Source of the DNA: a virus
DNA length: 64,000 nucleotides
Virus record (IMG/VR): IMGVR_UViG_3300047496_000213
Location: 17,817-81,816 of that record
Reading direction: 5' to 3' (one strand)
Below are positions 8,625 through 18,748 of this stretch, one piece after another; position 1 is the stretch's first letter; every line of letters begins with the position of its first letter. Both the position numbers and the translations under genes were made by a program. The notes beneath the pieces are model-generated. The model saw nothing but the letters and a program-made list of their open reading frames with translations, ran no database searches and was not told the origin of the DNA.

Positions 8625-9236
8625 ATGTTCAGATGTAAGGAGAATGGGAGTGCTCCCTTTTCTAACATGCAAACAACTTCTGAAAAAGTAATTGAAATAT
8701 TAAAAAACAAACATCGGTTGGATACACGATATTTTTTTGGTAATTCAACAATAAATAAATCCTCAATTCAATATGCGGAAAAAATAGCTGACGATTTGGC
8801 TAGAAACTGGAAACATTCATATGATAAAATCAAAAGAAGAACTTCGGTCCAACGAAATATTCGTATGATTTTATCAGAAGCGCAAAACCACAGATGTTGC
8901 TATTGTGGTTTTGCGTTTTCATATAGAGACATTTATGATAGTCGAGGAAAAAATAATATTAGAACCGCAACTTATGAACATGTAATAAATGTATCAGATA
9001 TTGAGTGCTCCAAAAATCAAAAACGAAAGTATCTCGATTTTTCTAATATAGCTATAGCCTGTAATTTATGTAACTCGATTAGAGCTAAAACGACGTTCGA
9101 TGCCTATCAATTTTATGATTGGGTTCAAAATCATTTAGACATCATCCAATATATCGCAGATGGTAAAATTAAAGCAAATCGGAAAACAATGCTGCCATAT
9201 TTTGGAAAAGAGTATTGTCGGCCAGGATTTAAGTGA
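8625..9236 (+). CDS. HNH endonuclease-like protein
   Basis: EAQNHRCCYCG...TYEH...IACNLCN. Confidence 0.75.
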   Translation: MFRCKENGSAPFSNMQTTSEKVIEILKNKHRLDTRYFFGNSTINKSSIQYAEKIADDLARNWKHSYDKIKRRTSVQRNIRMILSEAQNHRCCYCGFAFSYRDIYDSRGKNNIRTATYEHVINVSDIECSKNQKRKYLDFSNIAIACNLCNSIRAKTTFDAYQFYDWVQNHLDIIQYIADGKIKANRKTMLPYFGKEYCRPGFK

Positions 9237-10168
9237 TGACCGATACTTATAAAATAGCGAAAACGCGTAAAAGATTGTTGGAATCTCAAAATCATAGATG
9301 TGCTACCTGCACTAAATCTATAGAGTTTGATACATCTGGATGTATTGTTTTTAATAGACTGCAACCACGGACATATAATAATAGTGTTGCGTTATGTTTA
9401 GAATGCTCAAGTCGTCAAGGAATATATTCATCCTTGATGGAATATTATAATGATATGAATCGGTATAGTCAAAAAATAAAACCTGAGCAAAAAATATATC
9501 CAGATCATCCGAAGATAGTTATAACTAAATTAGCGAATTTGTGTTTAAAAAATAATATTCATTTTCAATATTGGGTTTTTAATATGGAGAATTATAAGTA
9601 TTGTCCACCTGAGTTTTTAGACGCGGTAGTTGAAGCATTATTCAGAAGACTTCAAAATAAATTAAGTATTGATGACGCTCTGTCAAAACGACGGAAAATG
9701 ACTGTTTCTGAAGCACAAAATCATCGTTGTTGTTATTGTGGATATCGTTTCACACATGAAGAACCAGAAAATTCAGTAAGAAGTTGGTCATGGGAACATG
9801 TCGTTGATCGCAATGACAAAGAACGTGAACGCACACATGAATATGATAATTTGGTTATCGCTTGCCATTTGTGTAATTCTCTGAGAGGGAAAACACATTG
9901 GTCTGTCGAGATTTTTTATGATTGGATAAAAAATAATTTAGAATTTTTATATTCCTCGGCGGAAAATGAATGGAAAAATTTTGCTGATTTAGTTCATATA
10001 ACTCAAATATACGCTATTGATAATGGACTTAACTGGGGAACTGAACGATTTTCTACTCAAGAATTATGGGTTCCTTGGCGGATAAGAAACTTGATTAATG
10101 CAGAAAGTCCTGATATAGAATGTCCAAGTTCCTCCATTCCAGGGGTGGATATGGAAGAGCCCGCGTAA
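9233..10168 (+). CDS. HNH endonuclease-like protein (two HNH-like repeats)
   Basis: ESQNHRCATC...LCLEC and EAQNHRCCYCG...WEH...IACHLCN. Confidence 0.75.
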   Translation: MMTDTYKIAKTRKRLLESQNHRCATCTKSIEFDTSGCIVFNRLQPRTYNNSVALCLECSSRQGIYSSLMEYYNDMNRYSQKIKPEQKIYPDHPKIVITKLANLCLKNNIHFQYWVFNMENYKYCPPEFLDAVVEALFRRLQNKLSIDDALSKRRKMTVSEAQNHRCCYCGYRFTHEEPENSVRSWSWEHVVDRNDKERERTHEYDNLVIACHLCNSLRGKTHWSVEIFYDWIKNNLEFLYSSAENEWKNFADLVHITQIYAIDNGLNWGTERFSTQELWVPWRIRNLINAESPDIECPSSSIPGVDMEEPA

Positions 10169-10170
10169 TG

Positions 10171-10203
10171 GAAAACCCTCATTTTAACGAATGAGGGTTT
10201 TCT
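10171..10203. terminator. Intrinsic terminator-like hairpin
   Basis: GAAAACCCTCATT...AATGAGGGTTTTC. Confidence 0.65.
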
Positions 10204-10428
10204 GTTGAATATTGAGTTATAATTCTAAAATATTATCGCTACCATAGTAATCAATGCGCCAAGCTATAATTTTATCTCCTTTTTCTAAGTTATCTTTTGC
10301 GGTAATTACATACATAATTTCTGCCTATGGCAAAATGTTTAACTACGATGGTTGTGCTCATCGTTTGAATCTTTATTTATCTTATCTCTCTTGACAAGTC
10401 AATATATTGCTGATATTAATAAAATAAA

Positions 10429-10707
10429 ATGAAAAATGAAAATGAAATACAGATGGATTTTTATCAAAAATGTGCTAATCTCTTCGGGCTCGAAAGCGAT
10501 TATAAGCCATTTCCCTACAGAAAAAGAACTCGCTGGAACAATCGTTCCGCTGGTAATGGCCGCTACGAAGGTAGAGGATTGATCAGAATGTTCTCTCCAA
10601 CACTAATTATCGTCACTCTGCATAATCCAAAATTGACCGGACAATTCAAGTCTGGTGACGAAGCCTTATTGGCTATTGAACAAGCATTGGTAATAGCCAA
10701 TGGCTAA
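10429..10707 (+). CDS. Hypothetical protein
   Basis: TTGACA promoter upstream; RTRWNNR..GNGRY.G.GLIR motif. Confidence 0.7.
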   Translation: MKNENEIQMDFYQKCANLFGLESDYKPFPYRKRTRWNNRSAGNGRYEGRGLIRMFSPTLIIVTLHNPKLTGQFKSGDEALLAIEQALVIANG

Positions 10708-11279
10708 GCCCAGCTAACTCCCATATTGTTCTGCTGAGCATAGTCTAATATTTTCATTAAAGTGCTGATGTATCGAGTAATTTGAGTGTCATCAACACCA
10801 AAATCTAGCATTTGCGGCCCTGTTGTTATTCTTGGAATATCACCGCTTCGATCAACTTTACGTTCGCCTTTGAATTCGGTTGGTTCTATTTGATAGGATT
10901 TAGTATCACCATTCATCAACCGGATTAGTCGTCTCTTAATGGTTGGTATTTCATTCGGCGGAATCCATCCCGAGTAGTCATCACACTCCACTCCCAACAA
11001 ACTACATACGACTTGCATATTTCTATTGGAAACATTCATCATCGGAAAATTATATATTGTTTCTGTTTCAATTCCGGTTCCTTGACAATACGGGCAAATA
11101 TTTTTTCTACCGTAGAATTCACCATATTTTGTATCAGAGCACTCTGAACAAGGCTTTTCCATTTTCTCGGAACCATTTGGTGGAAAGTCGATATATTTTT
11201 CCCCATCTCTTATAGATAGCACGGCGGGATGAAAGTCTACACTTTCAGTTATCTGGATCGCATCAATAAAGTTTCTCAT
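10704..11279 (-). CDS. Zn-finger (DnaJ-like CxxC) protein with MRNFIDAIQITE leader
   Basis: CSEC...CPYCQGTG; TAAATA 6 nt before ATG. Confidence 0.7.
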   Translation of the reverse strand: MRNFIDAIQITESVDFHPAVLSIRDGEKYIDFPPNGSEKMEKPCSECSDTKYGEFYGRKNICPYCQGTGIETETIYNFPMMNVSNRNMQVVCSLLGVECDDYSGWIPPNEIPTIKRRLIRLMNGDTKSYQIEPTEFKGERKVDRSGDIPRITTGPQMLDFGVDDTQITRYISTLMKILDYAQQNNMGVSWA

Positions 11280-11377
11280 AAAAATTATTTATCTTATGCC
11301 TTGACGAATAATCGATTCGTGGTATCTTACAAATATAAGCGATCAACGGTATCGCATTCGCAAAGGAGATCAACATC

Positions 11378-12727
11378 ATGGAAACCGAGACCCGTAGCAT
11401 TTTCGAAATTCCCGCCGAGAATATGTCAAAGTTTCAAGAGCAAATGGTGAAGTTGTCAAAGAAATCAGTTCGTCTCATTGGCCTTCCCATCGCTCCCCTG
11501 GTCTTCAGCCACGAGACCCGCGAGATGGCGGACGGTCAAAAGCATCGCGTTTATAGTGTCATGCTGACTGCCCAAGTCCCTCAACTGGAAGGCTGGACTT
11601 TCGTCGCTCGTCTCGATCACGCCAATGAAACCGGGACTGTTATTCGGATGGTTCCCAATACGGGCGTTGAACTTCCTGAACAATATCGCCACGCTAAGAA
11701 TACCACGTGCGATCATTGCCGTGTTAATCGTTACCGGCGCGACACTTTTGTCATTCGTAATGATGAGACTGGTATCTTTAAGCAAGTCGGAAGCCAATGT
11801 CTGAAGGATTTCTTCGGTCATGACCCCTACAAGATTGCCAAGCTAGCCGAATTGCTTGGTTATGCCGATGAATGCGCTCGGGGCGCCACGCATTTCGATG
11901 GTCACGCCGACCTTCGTTTCATCGATCTGGAAGATTTTCTTAACTACGCCGCCCATTCTGTTCTTACTAACGGTTGGGTTTCTGGAAAGGCCGCTTTCGA
12001 AAATGAACGGCTGACTTCGACTCGGGAAAATGCTTCAATCATGATGCACATTGATTCCGAAGCTCGTCTTCGTGGCCGCTCTGCTGAAACTATCATCACC
12101 GAAGCTGACCGCGCTCTTGCCGCCGCCGCTCTGGAATGGGCACAAAGCCTTGGTGAAAAGTCTTCTCTGAACGATTACGAGCATAACGTTCTCGTGATTG
12201 CCAATGCGACCATGATCGAGCCTCGCTCTATGGGTATCGCTGCTTCCATCGTCGGCGTTCATTACATGAATGTTCAACGGAGCCAACCTACGGTTTCTCG
12301 CACCGCCGAAATCAATAGTTTTCACAAGGTTGCAGAATTTCTCGCCGCCGCCAAGCCTAAGTTTCCGAAGATTCGCCTTCAACTGGAAGACAAGCGTCCT
12401 ATCGTCCTTTCGGTGGCCGGTCCCGATGCTTCGTGCCCTGGTACGATCAACATCACTGATGGCGGTCCTTACGGATCGAATATTTGGTATGGCCGCGTTT
12501 CTCGGGATGGTAAGTGGACTCGCAGCAACAAGGTGGATCAATCCACAATGACCAGTCTCGTCACTCTCTTGACGGCTCTGGGTAATGATCCGGCTGGCGT
12601 GGCCGCGTCTTACGGACATCTTACCGGCCATTGTTGCATGTGTAATAGGCCGTTGAGTGACGAGCGTAGCACCCGCATGGGTTATGGGTCTACTTGTGCT
12701 AAGAAATGGAATTTGCCATATAATTAA
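11378..12727 (+). CDS. Hypothetical early protein with Zn-binding motifs (C-terminal DUF6011-like)
   Basis: CDHC...VGSQC; C-terminal CCMCNRPLSDERS..MGYGSTC; AAGGAG SD; GC-richer codon usage. Confidence 0.75.
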   Translation: METETRSIFEIPAENMSKFQEQMVKLSKKSVRLIGLPIAPLVFSHETREMADGQKHRVYSVMLTAQVPQLEGWTFVARLDHANETGTVIRMVPNTGVELPEQYRHAKNTTCDHCRVNRYRRDTFVIRNDETGIFKQVGSQCLKDFFGHDPYKIAKLAELLGYADECARGATHFDGHADLRFIDLEDFLNYAAHSVLTNGWVSGKAAFENERLTSTRENASIMMHIDSEARLRGRSAETIITEADRALAAAALEWAQSLGEKSSLNDYEHNVLVIANATMIEPRSMGIAASIVGVHYMNVQRSQPTVSRTAEINSFHKVAEFLAAAKPKFPKIRLQLEDKRPIVLSVAGPDASCPGTINITDGGPYGSNIWYGRVSRDGKWTRSNKVDQSTMTSLVTLLTALGNDPAGVAASYGHLTGHCCMCNRPLSDERSTRMGYGSTCAKKWNLPYN

Positions 12728-13248
12728 CTACGAGAAATATGTTTCCAAGTTCTGTTATTTCTTATGTCACAGACAGAACTTGGAGATATTCCGTATAGCT
12801 TGGCTGTTTCTGTGGTAGAAATTTCCATTTTTAAAATATTTATAACATCTTTTTCGGACAATTTGGCATGACCGCCTCTTTCGCCTCGCGCCCAATTTGG
12901 TTCCTTATAAGGACGTATTATTCTTCTTCTTTCTGGAACCTGTAAAAATTTTAATTTTTTTCTTTCCAAAAATATTATGGCTCCGTCGTAAAGATAATTG
13001 TAGAATTGAATGGTAGTTTCCTTAGAAGTAAAATTAATATAATACGCTCTGTTGCCACATTTAATAGAATTTTTCATTGGTAGAATACATTGTAAATCTT
13101 CAGCAAACTCCAAACTTGCCGTACAAATATTAGCTTTGCATAAAGGTTTTCCATCCATACGCCAAAACACACAACCATCGGCATCAAACACGCCTCGTAT
13201 AAAATGTTTCACTACCATATAAAATAAAATGCTTGACTTAATCCTCAC
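12724..13248 (-). pseudogene. N-terminally truncated LAGLIDADG endonuclease with C-terminal HTH
   Basis: Only the second motif HFIRGVFDADG is present; RGERGGHAKL...TWKHI DNA-binding tail; no convincing start. Confidence 0.6.
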
Positions 13249-13249
13249 G

Positions 13250-13297
13250 CATGATAATATTTTCTTATAATTTCATGATAATATTTTCTTATAATTT
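13250..13297. repeat. 24-bp perfect tandem duplication
   Basis: CATGATAATATTTTCTTATAATTT x2, overlapping a promoter -10 region. Confidence 0.9.
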
Positions 13298-13507
13298 ATG
13301 GAGAAACGTATGTCCAAGAAAACTCTGAATGAAAGAATTCTTGAGGCCGATTTTTGGGGCAACAAATACCTTGGGGATTTCAACGAACTGGTTGAATCTG
13401 GCTATCCTGAATCTGGTTCTAAAGCGCAAAAGCTTTACGGTAAGGGTCAATTCTGGCTTGATCGATATAACCTTCTCACTGGAAATGGCGAGAAGGAGCC
13501 AAAGTAA
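13298..13507 (+). CDS. Hypothetical protein
   Basis: First of a coupled early operon; the start may be 13310, after GGAG. Confidence 0.65.
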   Translation: MEKRMSKKTLNERILEADFWGNKYLGDFNELVESGYPESGSKAQKLYGKGQFWLDRYNLLTGNGEKEPK

Positions 13508-14142
13508 TGACCGCGCAAATCATTGATCAGGAAACTATCGACAAGGTAATCAACGGCGTAGACTATGGTAAGAAGCCACGGTTGCTCGCCCGCTCTCCGG
13601 AATATATTTTGATTTGGATTCCCACCCAGATGATAGCAATCAAGCGTAAGATTACCCGCGAGACAATTACTATTTGTGCGGTCGCGAGGCTGTCAGGAGC
13701 GGTCTTTTTAAACCATGCTACCGCGATAGATAAAATCTTTGGAAAGGGTTCCTACGTCCTTCTGGCGCCGAATAAAACGGTAGTTTTTGACGACTGCAAG
13801 CCATGGTCGATTTATGGAAATGAAGTTCCGATTGGCCCCCACAATTTCGGATATTCGGCCGAGATGGAAAAGAAAGTCATTCGTGACCGGCTGAAGGCTG
13901 AAGGTATAACAGATGAAACCGCGCTGCATTTTGCCGTGGAAACCGCCTATATCGAGGCTCATAAAAACGACTTAACCCTTCGTGAGCGTCAGGATATTTG
14001 GATGGCTAACTTTGTTAAAAAATCCCAAGAACCTAAACCGGTTATTTTCACAAAAGAAGAAATTGAATTTCTAAAAGATCATTTTGATATGGCGAATGAT
14101 CCGACAGCACAAAGCATTTTGGCCAAAGTTAGGAAGCTATGA
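13507..14142 (+). CDS. Hypothetical protein
   Basis: TAATG coupling to the upstream ORF. Confidence 0.7.
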   Translation: MTAQIIDQETIDKVINGVDYGKKPRLLARSPEYILIWIPTQMIAIKRKITRETITICAVARLSGAVFLNHATAIDKIFGKGSYVLLAPNKTVVFDDCKPWSIYGNEVPIGPHNFGYSAEMEKKVIRDRLKAEGITDETALHFAVETAYIEAHKNDLTLRERQDIWMANFVKKSQEPKPVIFTKEEIEFLKDHFDMANDPTAQSILAKVRKL

Positions 14143-14507
14143 TGGACACAAAAGCGGGTTATCTTCTCAAGATCAATACATGGGAAAATGATCTTGACTA
14201 CGAAACCACCACCGAACTTAATGGTTTAACGGCTGATGAGGTTAATTTCTATCTCGATATTGCCTTTTTATTTCATAAGAACAAAAATCATAGACCGGGT
14301 GGATATGGTAATAGCGACATAAGTTCCAATTCGGATAATCTTTACGAAGAGATTGACGCTATAATCGAACTTGCCAAGGTTAAAGGTGTAACCATTCCTA
14401 AGAAGTGGGTAGTTGATCCGGAATTTGATTATCGAGTGTTCGATAGTTTCCAAGTTCTGTTTTCTCCAGAACCGATTAAGGACGTAACCGAAACTTTTTT
14501 CAGATAA
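14139..14507 (+). CDS. Hypothetical protein
   Basis: GYLLKINTWEND motif; ATGA coupling. Confidence 0.65.
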   Translation: MMDTKAGYLLKINTWENDLDYETTTELNGLTADEVNFYLDIAFLFHKNKNHRPGGYGNSDISSNSDNLYEEIDAIIELAKVKGVTIPKKWVVDPEFDYRVFDSFQVLFSPEPIKDVTETFFR

Positions 14508-14588
14508 TATGAACCTGTGTCACGATATAAAGTCTAAATTGTGTGATACAATCAAGCTATAATAACCAATCTTACATAGGAGAATATA

Positions 14589-15278
14589 ATGAACAATCTT
14601 GAAAACATTAAGAACCGCATTCGTGCTCTTAGTGAGATGACTGTAACCAATGGTTGTTCTGAAGCGGAATCCTTGACTGCCATTAATATGGTGGGAAAAT
14701 TGCTTGCCAAATATAATTTGAGCATGACGGAATGTGAACTTCGCGAAGAACTTTGTGAAACTTCATCAATTCATACTGGGTCCAAGCATTCTACGGGTAT
14801 TGCTTTTGCTGTCGTTGGAATTGGAGAATTCACGGACTGCAAGGTTTGGACTTCTCGATCTTCTACGCAAGTTTCCTATAATTTTTTTGGACAAAAGTCT
14901 GATGTAGAAATGGCGTTGTATCTTTATCGTGTCATGGTCATGGCCATGACGACAGAACTTATGGCATTTAAAATGTCTTCTATTTACAATGGGTCAAAAA
15001 GTAAGAGGGGAGCATCATCTAATTTTTTGAAGGGTATGGGTATTCGAATTTCCAATCGTTTGAAGGAAATGAAGAATCAAACGACGTTCAATGAAATTGA
15101 CTCTCGCGGCAATGCTCTTATGGTTCTCAAAAGCCAACTGGTTAATCAGCAATTTTCCACGTTAGATTTAAAACTTCGTAGCAATAAGTCAATTTTGGTT
15201 GGTAATGATGCGTTCTTTGCTGGTAGTTCTGCCGGAAATCGAGTAAACATTTCTAGGCCCATTGATAATAGAGGATGA
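14589..15278 (+). CDS. DUF2786-like protein
   Basis: IKNRIRAL......GCSEAE..A...KLLAKYNLS N-terminus; FFG..SDVE.A.Y. Confidence 0.7.
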   Translation: MNNLENIKNRIRALSEMTVTNGCSEAESLTAINMVGKLLAKYNLSMTECELREELCETSSIHTGSKHSTGIAFAVVGIGEFTDCKVWTSRSSTQVSYNFFGQKSDVEMALYLYRVMVMAMTTELMAFKMSSIYNGSKSKRGASSNFLKGMGIRISNRLKEMKNQTTFNEIDSRGNALMVLKSQLVNQQFSTLDLKLRSNKSILVGNDAFFAGSSAGNRVNISRPIDNRG

Positions 15279-15284
15279 ATTCGA

Positions 15285-15683
15285 ATGAATCTTGTCGGCG
15301 CGAAAATTGAAGAAATTGTTGGTATTATCAACTACATTTCCAAAAATGGAGAATGGAAAAAAGTTAATGAATATTGGTTAATGACTGGTTCTATTGCCGG
15401 AATAAATTTAACAGTAAGACAAAAATATTATGACACAAGACTTATTAGTATTTCTATATTAGGCAGCGGATGGTTAGTTTCTTTTGCCGTAAACAAACGA
15501 AGACCACATACCTTTCCCGCTGATAAAATTTCAGTAGATTGTTTCCTTGTTCTCCCCCTCGTATCCTTTACGGACGAGACGTATCTCGAAAAATTTTGTT
15601 TACATTCTGAATGCGTATTAAGTCCAGAACTGTTTAAAACACAAATGTCATTATTAAGGCTGTTTAATAGCGAATGGAGTTGA
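15285..15683 (+). CDS. Hypothetical protein
   Basis: ORF ending MSLLRLFNSEWS. Confidence 0.55.
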   Translation: MNLVGAKIEEIVGIINYISKNGEWKKVNEYWLMTGSIAGINLTVRQKYYDTRLISISILGSGWLVSFAVNKRRPHTFPADKISVDCFLVLPLVSFTDETYLEKFCLHSECVLSPELFKTQMSLLRLFNSEWS

Positions 15684-15732
15684 CTTATTTTCGAATTATG
15701 ATAAATTATATCATATTCGAAGGAGAAATATT

Positions 15733-15921
15733 ATGTCCAAACGCTCCAATGCTCAAGATAAACGCCGCCAAGTCCGCCGGGCTTTGAACTCTGCCCCTGA
15801 ATTCTTCGGTCGTCTCGGAAATAGTCGTGCTCGAAATATCGGTTATGGTTCTGGCCTGTCATCGTCTTACATCAAAGATACTTCTAAACGTAAGTATAAT
15901 GATCATCTTGGTGACAACTAA
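15733..15921 (+). CDS. Small basic hypothetical protein
   Basis: AAGGAG SD and TTGACT promoter. Confidence 0.65.
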   Translation: MSKRSNAQDKRRQVRRALNSAPEFFGRLGNSRARNIGYGSGLSSSYIKDTSKRKYNDHLGDN

Positions 15922-16292
15922 TGGCTTTTTCATGCTGGCTAATTTCTGAAGAAAGTCGCGCGATGCTGTTGGCGCGCTTTCCTCCTAAGTTTCCTGATGT
16001 GATCGCTCATCACATCACTTCGTCTATTGGGAACATCAAGTTCCTTAACCCGCCTCCCGAAGCCACAATCAAGGTCATCGGGTATTCTACGGATGACGAA
16101 GGTTTGGAAGCGTTGGTAGTCAGTATTGATGACACCCAAGTAAATTCTAATGGAAAGATATTTCATATCACTTGGTCATTGGATCGAAATCTTGGGTATA
16201 AGCCTATGCATTCCGCCAATATCATTGCTGAATTTGGTTGGCAACCAATTGATCCTATTCAAATAAAAGGGATACCATCAGTATTCAATTAA
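15921..16292 (+). CDS. 2H phosphoesterase-like protein
   Basis: Two HxT motifs (AHHIT, FHITW) about 50 aa apart in a 123-aa protein. Confidence 0.6.
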   Translation: MAFSCWLISEESRAMLLARFPPKFPDVIAHHITSSIGNIKFLNPPPEATIKVIGYSTDDEGLEALVVSIDDTQVNSNGKIFHITWSLDRNLGYKPMHSANIIAEFGWQPIDPIQIKGIPSVFN

Positions 16293-16297
16293 CATAG

Positions 16298-16331
16298 CTT
16301 ATCGTAGAAATCTACTTATCGTAGAAATCTA
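16298..16331. repeat. 17-bp tandem duplication
   Basis: CTTATCGTAGAAATCTA x2. Confidence 0.85.
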
Positions 16332-16364
16332 CTTGGATAAATACTATTTTTAAAGTAGGTTTTT

Positions 16365-16856
16365 ATGAGCGGACCCTATAATTTTTTGACTGGATGCCCA
16401 CCTGGATTATTCACTGGTTATAAGCTTGATGATACTAATTCTGGGCTAACGACCGTTACGCCTCCTGGATCGTTAGATATTGATAATGGTCCAATTCCTG
16501 GCTACGTGATTAGCATTCCAGGCCGATACTTCTTTCATGCACAAGTAAGTTTTTTCGCTAATGTGGGAGAACCATTTGCTATATCGGCGCAAGTTTCGAT
16601 CATTATGGTTCGAGACGGTAGTTTACTTCGAAGAGTAGCAGCATGTAATTCTGGTTTCATGGTTGGAAATTCTATAAATGATATTTCATTATATACCAAT
16701 TTCACAGTTGAAGCGAGCACATATCAACTCATGGAAGTTGGCGATATGGTTTTTGTTCATGTTCTTGATTTGTTCCCTGATACTGGACCATCAAGCTACA
16801 TCAAAGTCAATCTAGCCGATCCTGAAAATAGTTTTTTTGAAGGGTATAAGGTTTAA
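16365..16856 (+). CDS. C1q/TNF-like beta-sandwich protein, putative virion protein
   Basis: IPGRYFFHAQV, L.VGD.V.V and SFFEGYKV pattern; TAAATA upstream. Confidence 0.55.
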   Translation: MSGPYNFLTGCPPGLFTGYKLDDTNSGLTTVTPPGSLDIDNGPIPGYVISIPGRYFFHAQVSFFANVGEPFAISAQVSIIMVRDGSLLRRVAACNSGFMVGNSINDISLYTNFTVEASTYQLMEVGDMVFVHVLDLFPDTGPSSYIKVNLADPENSFFEGYKV

Positions 16857-16858
16857 TT

Positions 16859-17887
16859 ATGGTTGATAACATTTATATTACAAATAATGGACCAGATATG
16901 GCCAATTCTGGTAGTATTTACATACCTCCGAATGAAGTGGGTAGTAATGCAATAAATTATTCTTATGTTTTAAAGTCTGGTTCTACGATGACTGGTCCAT
17001 TGCATCTTAATGCGGACCCTACATATTCAGATGAAGCCGCAACTAAGAATTATGTAGATAATGCGGTATCAAATGCCAGTTCTAATTCTAATGTAACTTC
17101 TGTTGCATTTAAAATTCAGTCTCTATACAGAACTTCTTCTCTACTATTTGATGGCAATTCCAGTGTTTATATATCTAATTTAAATGCAAATGATACAAAT
17201 TTTTATACTTTTTCTGCATGGTATCAGCAATTTGAGGATTTAACCAATAGCACATCCAATGTTCTTTTTACTTCTGGACCAACCGGAACAGAGCAATATG
17301 GAGAAGATGCCATGGATTTAAATTTCTTAGCATTAGCTCCACCAGAAGAAGGTTGGACCGCGTATGCTGGAAATTATAGTGGATATTTGGATTCATATAT
17401 TCAGATGGATAATGCTGGTTCTTTTCAAGGAAATTCGGGAGTATGGCATCACGTTTTTCTTGCTGCCGATTTGACGGGGATGCACAATTTAAAAATATAT
17501 GTTGATGGTGTCGATGAAACTCAATCCATTAGCGGCGGGGGTTCTACGGCTACCATCAATATTAATGGTAATAAATTTCAAGTAGGTAGTGATGATTTCG
17601 GAAATAATTTTAATGGATTATTAGCAGAAGTATGGTTTGATACGAGCAGTTTTTTTGAAGAGGATGGAACTATTTCTCCATATACTCTCTCGTTATTCAG
17701 AGACCCGACTCTTAATATTCCAGTTTATCTTGGTCCAGATGGCTCATATCCAAGTGGTTTGCAACCTGCTGTATATCTTAGATGTGAAAATTGTAATCTT
17801 GGAACATTTTTATTAAATTTGGGTTATGGTGGCAATTTTGTTTCTAGTGGTAGTTTAGAAACTAGAAACGGTCCAACTTCTTTTTAA
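16859..17887 (+). CDS. Putative virion protein with LamG/concanavalin-like domain
   Basis: GSTMTGPL.L.ADPT...AATKNYVD fibre motif; FSAW, WHHV, IYVDG, FNGLLAEV. Confidence 0.65.
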   Translation: MVDNIYITNNGPDMANSGSIYIPPNEVGSNAINYSYVLKSGSTMTGPLHLNADPTYSDEAATKNYVDNAVSNASSNSNVTSVAFKIQSLYRTSSLLFDGNSSVYISNLNANDTNFYTFSAWYQQFEDLTNSTSNVLFTSGPTGTEQYGEDAMDLNFLALAPPEEGWTAYAGNYSGYLDSYIQMDNAGSFQGNSGVWHHVFLAADLTGMHNLKIYVDGVDETQSISGGGSTATININGNKFQVGSDDFGNNFNGLLAEVWFDTSSFFEEDGTISPYTLSLFRDPTLNIPVYLGPDGSYPSGLQPAVYLRCENCNLGTFLLNLGYGGNFVSSGSLETRNGPTSF

Positions 17888-17896
17888 GGAACTAAT

Positions 17897-18724
17897 ATGA
17901 TACCAATAGTGACAGCATTTTTTGATATTGGACGAGGAACTTGGCCTAATGGTGGTGGTCGATACGGAACTGCCGATTCTCTTCGACTAAATGTTCCTAC
18001 TTCAGAATATATAGAAAGATTTACCTATCTATGCAAATTGCAAAATGACATAGTAATTTATACCTCTTCCGATTTGGCTCCTCGTATTAAAGCTATATGT
18101 GATGCTTCTATTGGTAAACGCACGATCATAGAGGTAGATTTTCATAATGATTTTGCTGTTAATAGGCAACAAATTCAGCAAGTAATGGATGCACCTACGT
18201 TTAAGGATAAGATTAATCCTTTGAAATTATTCAAGCCAGAATATTGGAGTGCTGATTACGTATTGGTTACAATGTTAAAGGCACATTTTGTTGCTGATGC
18301 TGTTAGTAAAAATTTGGTTCAGGGTGATAATATTGCTTGGATTGATTTTGGGTATTGTCGTTCTGAAAAAACTATAAATGGTTTGACTTCTTGGAATCAT
18401 GCCTTTGATCCGACAAAAATTCATATGTTTAATTGTTTAGATGTTAAGGCAGAGGCAACTCTTGATGAAGCGGAAGCACATGTTCTTGAGATGGCTGCAA
18501 ATGACTATGTAGCTATTTTTGGAGCCGCTGTCATAGCACCAGCAGATAAATGGACAGTATTAGAATTAGATATGATTCAATCTTTGGGCTGGTTGATGTC
18601 TAATGGTCTTGTGGATGATGATCAGTCTCTCTGGTTAAATGCTTATTATCGTCATCAGGAAGATTTCGAATTGCATAAAATTTCATTTATTCGTCCGTTT
18701 AGACTGTTTATCGATTTCGATTAA
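17897..18724 (+). CDS. HtrL/YibB (WlaTC)-family glycosyltransferase-like protein
   Basis: IVTAFFDIGRG.W, PEYWSADYVLV..LK, AWIDFGYCR, VDDDQ. Confidence 0.75.
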   Translation: MIPIVTAFFDIGRGTWPNGGGRYGTADSLRLNVPTSEYIERFTYLCKLQNDIVIYTSSDLAPRIKAICDASIGKRTIIEVDFHNDFAVNRQQIQQVMDAPTFKDKINPLKLFKPEYWSADYVLVTMLKAHFVADAVSKNLVQGDNIAWIDFGYCRSEKTINGLTSWNHAFDPTKIHMFNCLDVKAEATLDEAEAHVLEMAANDYVAIFGAAVIAPADKWTVLELDMIQSLGWLMSNGLVDDDQSLWLNAYYRHQEDFELHKISFIRPFRLFIDFD

Positions 18725-18748
18725 GTTGATAATATCTATAAATACGTC

